A DNA stretch of 64,000 bases from Caldilinea sp. (GCA_025055055.1 JANWYX010000232.1:2238-66237), one strand, 5' to 3'; numbered from the stretch's first letter, positions 1 to 24,452 are shown. The notes: generated by a model from the letters alone, not told the origin. Numbers and translations: made by a program.

Positions 1-530
<530 letters not shown>

Positions 531-610
531 ACGGTGTTGCGTGGTGCGTGCTTTGTCTTCCGTCACGCACCACGCAACAGATCTTTGAAAGGCTTCCGTT
601 GCGGCGCATA

Positions 611-2250
611 ATGCAGGCGGCGCTCTATGCGCTGCCGGTTTTGTTTTTGACCATCTTCTATCTCTACCCGCTGTTGGCGATCCTGCGCGTAAGCTTCGGC
701 GCGTCGTTGGCCGAGGCGATGGAGCAAGTGAGCGCTGCATTGCGGTCACCGGGCTTTTGGCGTGTGCTTTGGTTCACGACGTGGCAGGCGACCGTCTCTA
801 CGCTGCTGACCGTCTTGGTGGGACTGCCATTGGCGGGCGTCTTTGCCCGTTTCGACTTCCCCGGCAGGGGTCTGATGGCTGCCTTGCTGACCGTTCCCTT
901 CGTAATGCCGACCGTCGTGGTAGCGCCTGCCTTCCTCGCCCTGATCGGCCGCAACGGCCTGCTCAACGCATGGCTACAACGCCTATTTCACCTGGATGCG
1001 CCGCCGATTCAGCTCGAACAGACGATCTGGCTCATCCTGCTCGTGCATGTCTTTTACAACGTCGCCATCGTGATTCGCACCGTGGGCGGATTTTGGAGCA
1101 CGCTGCCGCCGACGTTAGCCGAAGCAGCCGCCGCCCTAGGCGCATCGCCACGGCGACGCTTTTGGACGGTGACGGCCCCGCTGTTGGCTCCCAGCCTTGT
1201 AGCCGCCGGCTTGCTCGTCTTCCTTTTTTGCTTCACCAGCTTCGGCGTGATCCTGATCCTGGGCGGCCTGCGCTTTGCCACGCTGGAGGTGGAAATCTAT
1301 CGGCAAGCGGTCAGCTACTTCAACCTGCCCATGGCGGCCTTTCTGAGCATCGTACAGCTTGTCTTCACCTTCACCATCATGGCGCTCTATACGCGCGTGC
1401 AGGCGCGCCTGAGCCGCACGCTGCGTCTACGGCGACGCGCCTTTGCCCGTCGCCCGGCCTCCTGGCGTCAATGGGCCGTGGTCGGTCTGGCCCTGGCGGC
1501 CACGTGGATTGGCGTGCTGTCGCCGCTGCTTGCGTTGGCGGTGCGCAGCTTCACCCTGGGCGACGGCGGCCCGACGTTGCTCTACTACCAGATGCTCGGA
1601 GAAAACCTGCGCCAGAGCGCTTTCTTTGCGCCTCCGATCACGGCTGTGCGCAATTCGCTCGTCTATGCGCTGGCGACGCTGGCGATCAGCCTGCCGCTGG
1701 GCGTGATCGCCGGCTACGCCTTGACGCAGCCACGCTCGCGCTGGGCCGCCATCCTCGACCCACTGCTCTTGTTGCCGTTGGGCACCTCGGCGGTGACGCT
1801 CGGGTTCGGCTACATCGTGGCGATGGGGCCGCTGAGGGTGTCGCCGTGGCTGCCGCCGGTGGCGCACTCGCTGATTGCGCTGCCGTTTGTGGTGCGCACC
1901 TTTCTGCCGGCGCTGCGCGCGCTCGACCGACGCCTGCGCGAGGCGGCTTCCACGCTCGGCGCCGATCCCTTCCGCCGCTGGTGGACGATCGATGCACCGC
2001 TCTTGCTGCGCGCCCTGCTGATCGGTGCCGCCTTCGCCTTCGCCATCAGCCTGGGCGAGTTCGGCGCCACGCTGTTGATCGCCCGTCCCGATCGTCCTAC
2101 CATGCCGATGGTGATCTATCGGGCGCTCGGCCAGCCGGGTCTCATGAACTATGGGCAAGCGCTCGCCATGAGCACGATCTTGATGGTGATCACGGCGGTT
2201 TCGATCCTACTGATCGAGCGTTTTCGCCTGCCGCAAGGAGAGGAGTTTTG

Positions 2251-2251
<1 letters not shown>
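611..2251 (+). CDS. thiP: ABC transporter permease with two fused permease modules (ThiP/FbpB type)
   Basis: ORF 506-2251. The ATG at 611 begins the hydrophobic '[13 protein letters not shown]'. There are many TM segments and two EAA-loop-like segments ('[17 protein letters not shown]', '[17 protein letters not shown]'). Confidence 0.85.
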
Positions 2252-3327
<1,076 letters not shown>

Positions 3328-3337
3328 CAGACGCTTC

Positions 3338-4231
<894 letters not shown>

Positions 4232-4237
4232 TCTCGC

Positions 4238-4639
4238 TCAGTAAGCGCCCAGCTCGATCAACCGTTCATCACTGATGCCAAAGTGATGAGCGATTTCATG
4301 CAGCACAGTTCGACGGATTTGCGCGCGAATCGCTTCTTCATCGGGCGGGCAGATTTCCAGGATCGGCCCGCGAAAGATCGTAATCTTATCCGGCGGGGCC
4401 AGATTGTAGTGCGTCGTGCGTTTGGTGAGCGGCACGCCCTCATACAGCCCCAAAAGCGTTTGTCCGGGCGGCAACCCTACGCTCTCCAGATGGCGGCGGC
4501 TGGGCCACTCTTCGACGGTCACCACGAGATTGTCCACCATTTGCCACAGCGATTCCGGAATCTCTTCAAGCGCTTCGGCGACAATCTCTTCGAAGCGACG
4601 GCGTGAAATATAAAAGTTCGGCGGCGAAAGTTCAGACAT
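4238..4639 (-). CDS. Small metallopeptidase-family (zincin) protein
   Basis: 133 aa with the HExxH motif 'VLHEIAHHFG' near the C-terminus. Size and layout fit minimal zincin/SprT-like proteins. Confidence 0.8.
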   Translation of the reverse strand: MSELSPPNFYISRRRFEEIVAEALEEIPESLWQMVDNLVVTVEEWPSRRHLESVGLPPGQTLLGLYEGVPLTKRTTHYNLAPPDKITIFRGPILEICPPDEEAIRAQIRRTVLHEIAHHFGISDERLIELGAY

Positions 4640-4651
4640 GGGCAGCGTGCG

Positions 4652-5038
4652 TCACTTCTGCTCGCAAATGATCTTTTCGCCATCGAGGCGGCTGTCGGTG
4701 TGAATCGTGTAGGTTCTGGCCCCATCGCTCAAGATGACCAGATACCCCGGCGTAATTACAGCAGCGTAAACCATATTCGGCTGAGGACATCCCAGGCTAG
4801 CGTCCGGCCACTGCACGGCTTCGATGGATTCAAGATACAGCATTTCCGGCGCAATGTCCAAAGTTTGCGCCGCAAACTGAACGACGGCGTTGACGAGCGC
4901 CTGTTCTTCTGACGGCAACGCAGCCATCGGTGAAGGCGTCATCGTCTCTGGAATGCGCTGCACAGGTTGACACGCAGCCAGAATGAGTGCAGTTGCACCA
5001 ACGAGCAAACTGGCCTTCCGGCGATGAATTCCCATCAA
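4652..5038 (-). CDS. Putative lipoprotein, unknown function
   Basis: N-terminal signal peptide with lipobox 'LILAAC'; 128 aa; same strand and tightly spaced with its neighbours. Confidence 0.6.
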   Translation of the reverse strand: MMGIHRRKASLLVGATALILAACQPVQRIPETMTPSPMAALPSEEQALVNAVVQFAAQTLDIAPEMLYLESIEAVQWPDASLGCPQPNMVYAAVITPGYLVILSDGARTYTIHTDSRLDGEKIICEQK

Positions 5039-5110
5039 TTGGCTCCTTCCCGCCGTGCGCTACCGAGCTTTCGCCGATAAAATCCAGGCAAAGCCGGGCA
5101 ATACTTGGGC

Positions 5111-5367
5111 TCAGGCTGCAAGCGCCAGCAGCATCTGCTGCAAGATGATCAGAGCAAAAAACACGACAATAATCGAAATATCGATCATGCCGCCCAGCGG
5201 TGGAATCAACCTGCGCACCGGCTCCAACACCGGTTCGGTGATCTGGTAGAGAAACTGGACGATCGGATTGTACGGGTCCAGATTGGGAATCCAGCTCATC
5301 AGCGCACGCGCCAGCAGCACCCAACTGTACAACTGAAGAACAGCAGCCAAAATCTCAAAAATTGCGT

Positions 5368-5371
<4 letters not shown>
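5111..5371 (-). CDS. yggT: YggT family membrane protein
   Basis: 86 aa, two TM helices, '[18 protein letters not shown]...[23 protein letters not shown]' typical of YggT. Its start overlaps the proC stop by 4 nt. Confidence 0.85.
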
Positions 5372-6209
<838 letters not shown>

Positions 6210-6213
<4 letters not shown>

Positions 6214-6932
6214 TCGCTTCTGGCTCCGAAGATTGCCGACCCAATGCGCACGATGGTGGCGCCTTCCTCGATCGCCACTTCGAAGTCGTTGGTCATCCCC
6301 ATCGAAAGCTCGCGCCAGTCGCCCTGAGGGAAACAGGCGGCAAGCTCATCGCGCAATGCCCGCAACGCTCGAAAGACCGGTCGCGTCGCCTCCGGCTCTA
6401 CCTCGAAGGGCGCCATCGTCATCAGTCCGTGGATGCGAATACCGGGCAACGCCAGCAGATTGCCCGCTGCGCTGCGCAATTCATCCGGCGTAAAGCCATG
6501 TTTGGTGACTTCTCCGCTGACGTTGACTTCGAGCAGCACATCCATCACGCAACCGGCGGCGATGGCGTCGCGGCTGAGTCGCTGGGCGATCTTGACACGA
6601 TCGACTGAATGGATCAACACAAATGGCCCGACGGCGTCGCGCGTCTTGCGGCTCTGGATGACGCCGATCATGTGCCAGCGAATGGCGTCGAGTCCTCGCG
6701 CACGCGCCGCCTCGACCTTGGGCCACAGCTCTTCCAGACGATTCTCGCCGAAATCGAGCTGTCCTGCCGCCATCGCTGCTTCGATGTCTTCCAGCGGATG
6801 TTGTTTGCTCACCGCCACCAGCCGCACGTCGGAAGGGTTCCGCCCGACGCGCAGCGCGGCGGCCGCCATGCGTCGGCGCACAGCCTCCAGATTGGCGGCG
6901 ATCGCTTCAGTCCTCGTCAGGTCGAGCGTCAT
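6210..6932 (-). CDS. yggS: YggS family pyridoxal-phosphate homeostasis protein
   Basis: Start ATG (cat at 6930-6932) gives '[16 protein letters not shown]...'. PLP-lysine context '[11 protein letters not shown]'. The C-terminus overlaps the proC start by 4 nt. The upstream 6933-7397 part of the ORF is R/S/P-rich and looks non-coding. Confidence 0.9.
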
Positions 6933-7077
6933 AGCATAAAATTTTACCAGTGAACCGCGCGCCCGACAAAGCAGGAAAGGTGTAGTTAGGGAAAGCAACA
7001 GAGGAGCGCGTTGCGTGGCCTGTTGCCCCATCTGGAACGTTCTACGTCGTGACGGCAAAGTGCTCCGGTATGTCTTC

Positions 7078-8265
<1,188 letters not shown>

Positions 8266-8288
8266 CGATTCACCTCTGCAAGAATATT

Positions 8289-8741
8289 TCAGGGGCGACG
8301 GCCGATCAGGCCGATGCTTTCCATCGTCATCACCAGCTCGCCCTGCTGGTTGCTGACCTCGGTGCGCATGCGCACTGCGCCGCGATCGGGCTTGCTCTGC
8401 GAAGGACGCGTCTCCAACACGACAATGCGGGCGGAGAGGGTGTCGCCTGGACGCACGGGGCGCAGCCAGCGAATCTGCTCAACGCCGGGCGAACCCAAGC
8501 TGGCGGCGCGACAGAGAAAGCCATCGACGAGCAGACGCATGGTCAGACTGCAAGTATGCCAGCCGCTGGCAATCAACCCGCCGAAGATCGAGCGTTCTGC
8601 AGCCACTTTGTCGATATGAAACGGCTGGGGATCATATTCGCAGGCGAAGGCGATGATCTCCGCCTCGCCGACGGTGCGACTGCCCAATTCCAGCACTGCG
8701 CCCGGCTGAATGTCCTCAAAATAATAAACAATCTCTGACAC
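8289..8741 (-). CDS. MaoC-like (R)-hydratase/dehydratase (hot-dog fold)
   Basis: '[23 protein letters not shown]' hydratase-type motif. I chose the GTG start at 8741, which is preceded by AGAGAGG; an alternative ATG lies at 8789. Confidence 0.85.
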   Translation of the reverse strand: MSEIVYYFEDIQPGAVLELGSRTVGEAEIIAFACEYDPQPFHIDKVAAERSIFGGLIASGWHTCSLTMRLLVDGFLCRAASLGSPGVEQIRWLRPVRPGDTLSARIVVLETRPSQSKPDRGAVRMRTEVSNQQGELVMTMESIGLIGRRP

Positions 8742-8823
8742 GGAAATACCTCTCTTGTGGTTGATCGATTTATGCAATCGTGTCGTCATCGACGCCGTCG
8801 GACATGGCTCTTTTCTTGCACAG

Positions 8824-10065
<1,242 letters not shown>

Positions 10066-10078
10066 GCGTTTGCTCCAC

Positions 10079-11314
10079 TTACGAAATCAGGTTGATAGTT
10101 TCTTGATCCAGCGAATCCAGAGGAATAATTCTGGCGCGCGCCGGCTTCTCGACGGGAGGCGCGGCGTCGAAGTCGCTGTAGCTGAAATCTGCGTCGAGGG
10201 TGAAGATCGGCCGGGCACCCTGCAGCTCGGCAGGAAGCTCTTCCCCGGCGAGGGCCAAGAAGGTCAACAGGCCGCTGAAATCGAGCCGAACCGAAAAGCT
10301 TTGTCGATGCAGATAGGGCGCATCCACTCCGATCGCCTGAATCATCTCGAACTGGGAGGAGCGCGCCAGCACATTAGCGATCATCTGAAAGCCCAAGAGC
10401 GCCAATCCTACCTCCTGGTCATCCATCGGTTCACCGGTGAGCTCGCCTGCGCGATCGACCAGAATGCGCAGGAGCCGGCTGAAGTCTGGACGGGCAACAA
10501 AACGGGCGAAGTCAAACGACGTGCGAAAGACAGCCACTCGCTCTCCGTTGCGCTGCTCGTCGTCGAGTCGCTGCACAGTGATATAAGGCTCGAGCAGTTG
10601 ACGGATCGTTTCGTCTGTCATCAGTTGCGCCGACCACATTCCCATCTGGAGAGATTCAGCCGTGCTCGACGTAGACCGCAGCAGATCGCTGCGAATCTGG
10701 CTCACCAGATCGAAGCCGATCCAGCCGTTCATGCGCTCCCTCTCCAGCTGTGCGCGTAGATCGGGAGCGCTTTCGGCCAATTTATCCATGTTGATATACA
10801 TGTAGCCGTCGAGCAGACGCATTTCGAGCCCGATCTGCTCCGGCGGCGTCGCACCCTCTTCCTGCTCCACTGCGGTGATCAAAAGTCGAGGCAGCGCCAT
10901 TTGGAACTGCATATCCATGGCGGCCGTCTCATAGAACTGCACGAGCAGCTCGCCTAGTTTTTCGTATTGGGCCGACAATTCCTCGTCATTGTCCTCGCCT
11001 TTCTTCGGAGCAAGCTGACGCATCCGCTCATACACCTCCGGGTCAAGGTGCATCGTCATATCGATTTGCATCTCGAAGGCAAGGTCTTCCTCGGCGATGG
11101 CCGGAATACCTGTTGCGCCTGCCTCTAGATCCATCGAGAGCCGCAACGAAGAGACATTGCGCATCATCTCCTGGGAGTCGATCAGCAACTGACAGTCGGT
11201 TTCAGACAATTCGCCGCAGAAAGGTGGAGGGAATGGCTCCCAGTCCTGCTGTGCAACGCCTGCTCCAGGCCACCATAACAGCACGCTCATCAATAAGGCC
11301 GCCAGAAATTGCAT
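10079..11314 (-). CDS. Secreted hypothetical protein
   Basis: The ATG at 11314 is preceded by AAGGAGG and gives signal peptide 'MQFLAALLMSVLLWWPGAGVAQ'. Acidic 411-aa protein; I do not recognise a family. Confidence 0.6.
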   Translation of the reverse strand: MQFLAALLMSVLLWWPGAGVAQQDWEPFPPPFCGELSETDCQLLIDSQEMMRNVSSLRLSMDLEAGATGIPAIAEEDLAFEMQIDMTMHLDPEVYERMRQLAPKKGEDNDEELSAQYEKLGELLVQFYETAAMDMQFQMALPRLLITAVEQEEGATPPEQIGLEMRLLDGYMYINMDKLAESAPDLRAQLERERMNGWIGFDLVSQIRSDLLRSTSSTAESLQMGMWSAQLMTDETIRQLLEPYITVQRLDDEQRNGERVAVFRTSFDFARFVARPDFSRLLRILVDRAGELTGEPMDDQEVGLALLGFQMIANVLARSSQFEMIQAIGVDAPYLHRQSFSVRLDFSGLLTFLALAGEELPAELQGARPIFTLDADFSYSDFDAAPPVEKPARARIIPLDSLDQETINLIS

Positions 11315-11392
11315 CGTCGCCTCCTTTTTTAGATACAACTACAGGTTTCCAGGTCAATCTATTCACTTTAGATGCAGCTTAGGCTGTGGATG

Positions 11393-11482
11393 AGCCCTCA
11401 CCCCCTGGCCCCCTCTCCCAAGGATGGGAGAGGGGAAAGCCCTCACCCCCTTTCCCCTCTCCCAAGGATGGGAGAGGGGAAA
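11393..11482. repeat. Two tandem ~45-bp units, each holding an 11-bp-stem hairpin (CCCCTCTCCCA-AGGA-TGGGAGAGGGG)
   Basis: Unit 1 is ~11393-11437 (hairpin 11410-11435) and unit 2 is ~11438-11482 (hairpin 11454-11479). Both start with 'AGCCCTCACCCCCT'. The repeat lies between the sppA stop and the start of the next minus-strand gene. Confidence 0.85.
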
Positions 11483-11575
11483 GGAAGCTTCGCAGCCGCA
11501 GGCACGTGGCAAACTTTCAAAATCTTTGTGAAATTCCATGAAATCTCCTGAAAGATGGAATATCGAGCCTAAAAA

Positions 11576-13444
<1,869 letters not shown>

Positions 13445-13459
13445 TCTCTACGCAACTCG

Positions 13460-13476
13460 ACGCTTTGGCAAAGCGT
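13460..13476. promoter_or_regulatory. Perfect 17-bp palindrome ACGCTTTG-G-CAAAGCGT in the sppA/ald divergent region (candidate operator)
   Basis: Read directly; 8-bp arms around one central base, 16 nt upstream of the sppA start codon. Confidence 0.3.
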
Positions 13477-13583
13477 GTGTTCGTTGATACACTCCCTTTG
13501 ACAATGACGAAGCTCCGCCGACGGGGGCGGGTTTGCACGCCGATTGCGCCAGGTGAAGCGGAAACAGGCAATCAAAAGCACAG

Positions 13584-14715
<1,132 letters not shown>

Positions 14716-14870
14716 CGAGCGTGGCGGCGCGTAGAATTTTCACCAGGTCTTAAGACCCGAGTTCCTCTATCGAATCACTTTGTGTCTTTGGGTCTTCGTG
14801 GTGGAAGCTTTGTAGTAGTACTGGAAGCTTTTGTAGTGCAAGCTTGAATTGAGCATTCATTGGGTATTCT

Positions 14871-16241
<1,371 letters not shown>

Positions 16242-16270
16242 GGCACATTGCGCCGATAGCTGCATCTCGA

Positions 16271-16294
16271 CGTCCCCGGCTGTGGCCAGGGACG
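16271..16294. terminator. Weak imperfect hairpin between convergent hisS and the URO-D gene
   Basis: CGTCCCCGG...CCAGGGACG (one mismatch) in the 59-nt convergent gap. No clear U-tract. Confidence 0.25.
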
Positions 16295-16300
16295 CGCGTT

Positions 16301-17254
16301 TCACACATACACCCCTTCGCGTCGCCAAATTTCTAGCATGAGCTCATACGACTTCAACGGCATGCCGGTGTAGATGCAGTTGCTCGTCGAAAAGATGTAG
16401 CCGCCCCCTGGCATGCCGTTGCGCAGCGCATAGCGCACAGATTCGACGATCTGTTCCGGTGCGCCGGTGTCGAGCAAGGCGCAGTTCACGTTGCCGATCA
16501 GACAGATCTGGTCGCCGTAGCGGCGCTTAACCTCGGCGATGTCGACGCCCGCTTGGGGATCGAGCGAATGCAGCGCGTGCGGTTTGGTCGCCACAAGTTG
16601 GTCGATGATCGGCATGATGTTGCCATCGGTGTGTTTGATCACATAAAAACCCATGTCCCGATACGCTGCCGTCAACTGCGCCAGATAGGGCGTGATAAGC
16701 TCGGCGAAGTGGCGAGGGCTGAGGAAGGGTCCGCTGTTGAAGCAATAGTCGGCGCACAAGGCGAAGCCGTCCAGCCCGCCATGGCGTGCGTACGCCTCAG
16801 CCCGACGAATGGCGGCCTCGACTTTCTGTTGTGCTTCTCGCTTCAGCCCCTCGGGATCGTCGGCCAGGCGTTCGGCGAAGGCGAACATCTCTTTGCCATT
16901 CGGGATGCTGAAGGTGGCGTCGCCGTGACGCATCAAAAAATAGCGGTCACCCGTCTTTTCACGGAGGATGTCGATCAGCCGGATCGTCTCCTCGACGGTG
17001 TCGGGGTTCGGATGGATGAAAATGGCGCTGTGCTCGAAGCGCTCGGCGGTGGCAATGTAGATGTCCGCCATATCGAGGCGATGGAGCTTGCGCTCCTTCT
17101 CCTCCATCTGCCCCCACTGGCTGTAGTGGCGATGGGAGGGGTGCACCTTGCCGAACGCTTCCATGGTCAAAAAGAAGACGAGCTCGAAGTGCGGCACGCG
17201 GCCGGCAAGCGGCCTGCGCTCGAGCGCAGCGATGAATCGTTCACGCGGTTGCAT
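16301..17254 (-). CDS. Uroporphyrinogen decarboxylase (URO-D/MtaA-fold) family protein, paralog B
   Basis: The ATG at 17254 gives 'MQPRERFIAALERRP...'. 317 aa. 'VIKHTDGNIMPIID' and 'GGYIFSTSNCI' are typical of URO-D-family methyltransferase-like proteins. It overlaps paralog A by 14 nt. Confidence 0.85.
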   Translation of the reverse strand: MQPRERFIAALERRPLAGRVPHFELVFFLTMEAFGKVHPSHRHYSQWGQMEEKERKLHRLDMADIYIATAERFEHSAIFIHPNPDTVEETIRLIDILREKTGDRYFLMRHGDATFSIPNGKEMFAFAERLADDPEGLKREAQQKVEAAIRRAEAYARHGGLDGFALCADYCFNSGPFLSPRHFAELITPYLAQLTAAYRDMGFYVIKHTDGNIMPIIDQLVATKPHALHSLDPQAGVDIAEVKRRYGDQICLIGNVNCALLDTGAPEQIVESVRYALRNGMPGGGYIFSTSNCIYTGMPLKSYELMLEIWRREGVYV

Positions 17255-18392
17255 CCTGTTTCGCTCGTTTCTCCGGCTTGCCCGTGGGCTTGAGGTTGGC
17301 GAGGCCTTTGCCCCACACGCGTTTCGCCTCTTCGATGTAGAAAAGATAGTTCTCGAACGGCACGTCGGGCGGCACGCGATGATCGGGCGTGGGAATGTAG
17401 CCGCCCTCCTCCACCAGCGGCGCCAGGCGTTCGATCTCACGGGCGATGGCCTCCTTGGACGCCATCAGGATATGCTTGTCGAAACCGCCCATCAGCCGCA
17501 TCGCCTTGCCGTAGCGCCGTCGAAACTCGAGCGGATCGGCTTTCCATTTGCCGACCTCGATCGGAAACATGGTGTTGACGCCCGCCTCCAGCCAGAGCGG
17601 CGCAAGCAGCTCGATGTTGCCGTCGCAGTCCACGAAGACGATGTCTACGCCGTATTTGTTCAACGTGGCGGTGATGCGCTTGTAGTGCGGCACAAGAATT
17701 TGCTTGAACAGCTTGGGCGACATCAACGGGCCACCGCTATAGGCCATGTCCTCCCACATGCTGGCGGCTTCGGGGCGCACGCCGGCTCCGAGCACGACCT
17801 CCACCACCGCAATGACGACGTCAGCCAGCGTCTCGACGATCTCCTCGAAGAGGGGACGATCGTCGTACATGATCTCAGAGATGCGTTCGAGGCCAAACCA
17901 ATTGCGCGCTACGCCGTAAAGCGAACCTGCCTCGATGAAGAGCGGATAGTCGCGGTCGGGGCGCGTCCATTCGGCAAGCTGCATCTCCCAGGCCGGACCT
18001 GCAGGCAAGCGCAGCGGGTCATCGGCGCGCAGGCGTGGCTTATAAAAAGCATTCCAGCTGTCGCGATCTACAAGTGTGTGGCGTAGATGACGAGGGATCG
18101 AACCGAGAAATTTGCCGCGCTGCACAATGACGCCATCAGCCTGCTGGATGATTTCGGTCTCCCCTTCATCGATCAGCTTCAGCACGGGAAAGGGCGGCCA
18201 CAGCCCAACGATGCAACCGCACATACGCCACTGTGGGTCCATGCCGAAGAAAAGGTCGGGATCCACGCCGGCAGGATACCCCTGCTCTTGCCAGAGGGTC
18301 AGCGTCTCCTCCCAAAAGCCAAAGTCCATAATCGGGCATCGATCGCGCGGCTGATAGTGCATGATGGCGGCAAAACGTTCGCGAGGATTCAT
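17241..18392 (-). CDS. Uroporphyrinogen decarboxylase (URO-D/MtaA-fold) family protein, paralog A
   Basis: 383 aa. Its 'MNPRERFAAIMHYQPRD' N-terminus parallels paralog B. 'VFVDCDGNIELL' and 'GGYIPTPDHRVPPDV' are present. Confidence 0.85.
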   Translation of the reverse strand: MNPRERFAAIMHYQPRDRCPIMDFGFWEETLTLWQEQGYPAGVDPDLFFGMDPQWRMCGCIVGLWPPFPVLKLIDEGETEIIQQADGVIVQRGKFLGSIPRHLRHTLVDRDSWNAFYKPRLRADDPLRLPAGPAWEMQLAEWTRPDRDYPLFIEAGSLYGVARNWFGLERISEIMYDDRPLFEEIVETLADVVIAVVEVVLGAGVRPEAASMWEDMAYSGGPLMSPKLFKQILVPHYKRITATLNKYGVDIVFVDCDGNIELLAPLWLEAGVNTMFPIEVGKWKADPLEFRRRYGKAMRLMGGFDKHILMASKEAIAREIERLAPLVEEGGYIPTPDHRVPPDVPFENYLFYIEEAKRVWGKGLANLKPTGKPEKRAKQDATA

Positions 18393-18541
18393 ACACTATT
18401 CCCAAGAAATAAATTCAACACGAAGCCGCAAAGGTGCAAAAACGCAAAGAAAAGCAAAGAAGTGCTGTGTAAACCTGGCAACCCGACGTGATTCGTCGAT
18501 CTTGTCGGCGCCGTCGGGCAAGGCGCCTCTGGAAAGGGTAC

Positions 18542-19189
18542 TCACGCCGCGACGCCCACGAAGCGACGCGCCAACGTGACCGCGCCGGCGGCGTTGTCGC
18601 TGTATCCGTCCGCTCCGATCTCCTCGGCGAACTCCTGCGTCACCGGCGCGCCCCCTACCATCACTTTGACGCGCTGACGGAGTCCCTCCTGCACTAGGCG
18701 GTCGATCATGCGCTTCATCGACGGCATGGTCGTGGTGAGCAGCGCCGAGAGCGCCACGATCTGTGGCCGATGCATCTGCACGGCCTCGACGAGTTTGTCC
18801 GGGCTGACGTCGACACCGACATCGACGATCTGAAAGCCGCCGCCTTCAAGCATGGTGGCCACCAGATTCTTGCCGATATCATGGAGGTCGCCCTGCACCG
18901 TGGCGATCACAACACGGCCGGCCGGCTCGACCGCCCTGCCCAGCAGCAGCGGGCGAATCACCTCCATCGCCGCCTTCATGGCGCGCGCCGAGATGAGCAA
19001 TTCCGGCACAAAGCATTCATTCGCCTCGAAGCGGGCACCGACCTCGTCCATCGCCGGAATCATGTAGTCGGCAAGCATCGTCTGTGGATCGACGCCTGCC
19101 GCCACCGCTTCCTGGGCGACGGCAGCCGCTTTTTTGGCGTCCCCATCCACAATCGCAGTAAAAAGCAAATCCAGGTTCGGTTGGGACAT
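18542..19189 (-). CDS. Cobalamin-binding corrinoid protein (MtaC/MtbC/MtvC-like)
   Basis: The ATG at 19189 follows AAGGAAG. It has an N-terminal helical B12-binding_2-like cap, then a Rossmann domain with DxHxxG ('GDLHDIGKN'), 'ALSALLTTT' and 'VMVGGAP'. Confidence 0.9.
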   Translation of the reverse strand: MSQPNLDLLFTAIVDGDAKKAAAVAQEAVAAGVDPQTMLADYMIPAMDEVGARFEANECFVPELLISARAMKAAMEVIRPLLLGRAVEPAGRVVIATVQGDLHDIGKNLVATMLEGGGFQIVDVGVDVSPDKLVEAVQMHRPQIVALSALLTTTMPSMKRMIDRLVQEGLRQRVKVMVGGAPVTQEFAEEIGADGYSDNAAGAVTLARRFVGVAA

Positions 19190-19525
19190 CGTTGCACTTC
19201 CTTTTCTGTTTCTGTACAAAATGGCATGCGCACACCGGGTGCAAACATCAGTATAAAAAAGGTTGCCATCGATTTCCCTGGTCTTCTGGAGAGTTTTTGC
19301 GGCTAAACTGAGACGAATCGAAAGCGCTGCGAAAAAGAATCTTCGTAGTTGCATAGAATACGCAAAAGACATATACTTGATAGCGCTTCATCCAAGTGCC
19401 CCGGCCATCGGCCTTTTAAAATGACAGTGTGGACGCCGGTGAACGGCGTCTCTTGGCGATGATCGGTCATGCGGTCGTCGTTTGCAGGCAAAATAAATTA
19501 TCAAAATACAGGAGGAAATTCAGCG

Positions 19526-20770
<1,245 letters not shown>

Positions 20771-20837
20771 ACGACGAAAGCGTGGCGTTTCGACGACGTC
20801 TGCTGCACACGGGACACAAAACACGCAACACACAGCC

Positions 20838-24452
<3,615 letters not shown>

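Noticed and set aside
757-2250. N-terminal 498 codons of the 856-aa ORF 757-3327
   Set aside because: It is an alternate frame over the ThiP-like permease with an Arg/Ala/Pro/Gly-rich composition typical of off-frame ORFs in high-GC DNA. The recognisable ABC ATPase begins at the ATG at 2251.
11393-11482. Possible CRISPR array
   Set aside because: There are only two directly adjacent units with no spacers. Each unit is dominated by an internal palindrome and there are no cas genes in the window. It fits a REP-like element, not CRISPR.
14716-14870. T-box leader or regulatory repeats upstream of hisS (direct repeats GGAAGCTTTGTAGTAG / GGAAGCTTTTGTAGTG at 14803-14838, three AAGCTT sites)
   Set aside because: The region is too short for a T-box and has no 'GGTGGTACCGCG'-type T-box sequence or specifier-loop architecture. 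The 20-nt-spaced repeats are real, but I cannot assign them a function.
16301-19189. In-frame TAG/TGA recoding (pyrrolysine/selenocysteine) in the methyltransferase-like genes
   Set aside because: All three ORFs are continuous without internal stops, and the enzymes are URO-D-fold rather than MttB/MtmB/MtbB-type. No recoding needs to be invoked.
19190-19525. Cobalamin riboswitch upstream of the corrinoid-protein gene
   Set aside because: On the minus strand 'CCAGGGAAATCGATGGCAACC' loosely recalls the AGGGAA...GGTG core. I found no B12 box (GCCACTG-like) and none of the expected downstream helices. An Infernal scan would be decisive.
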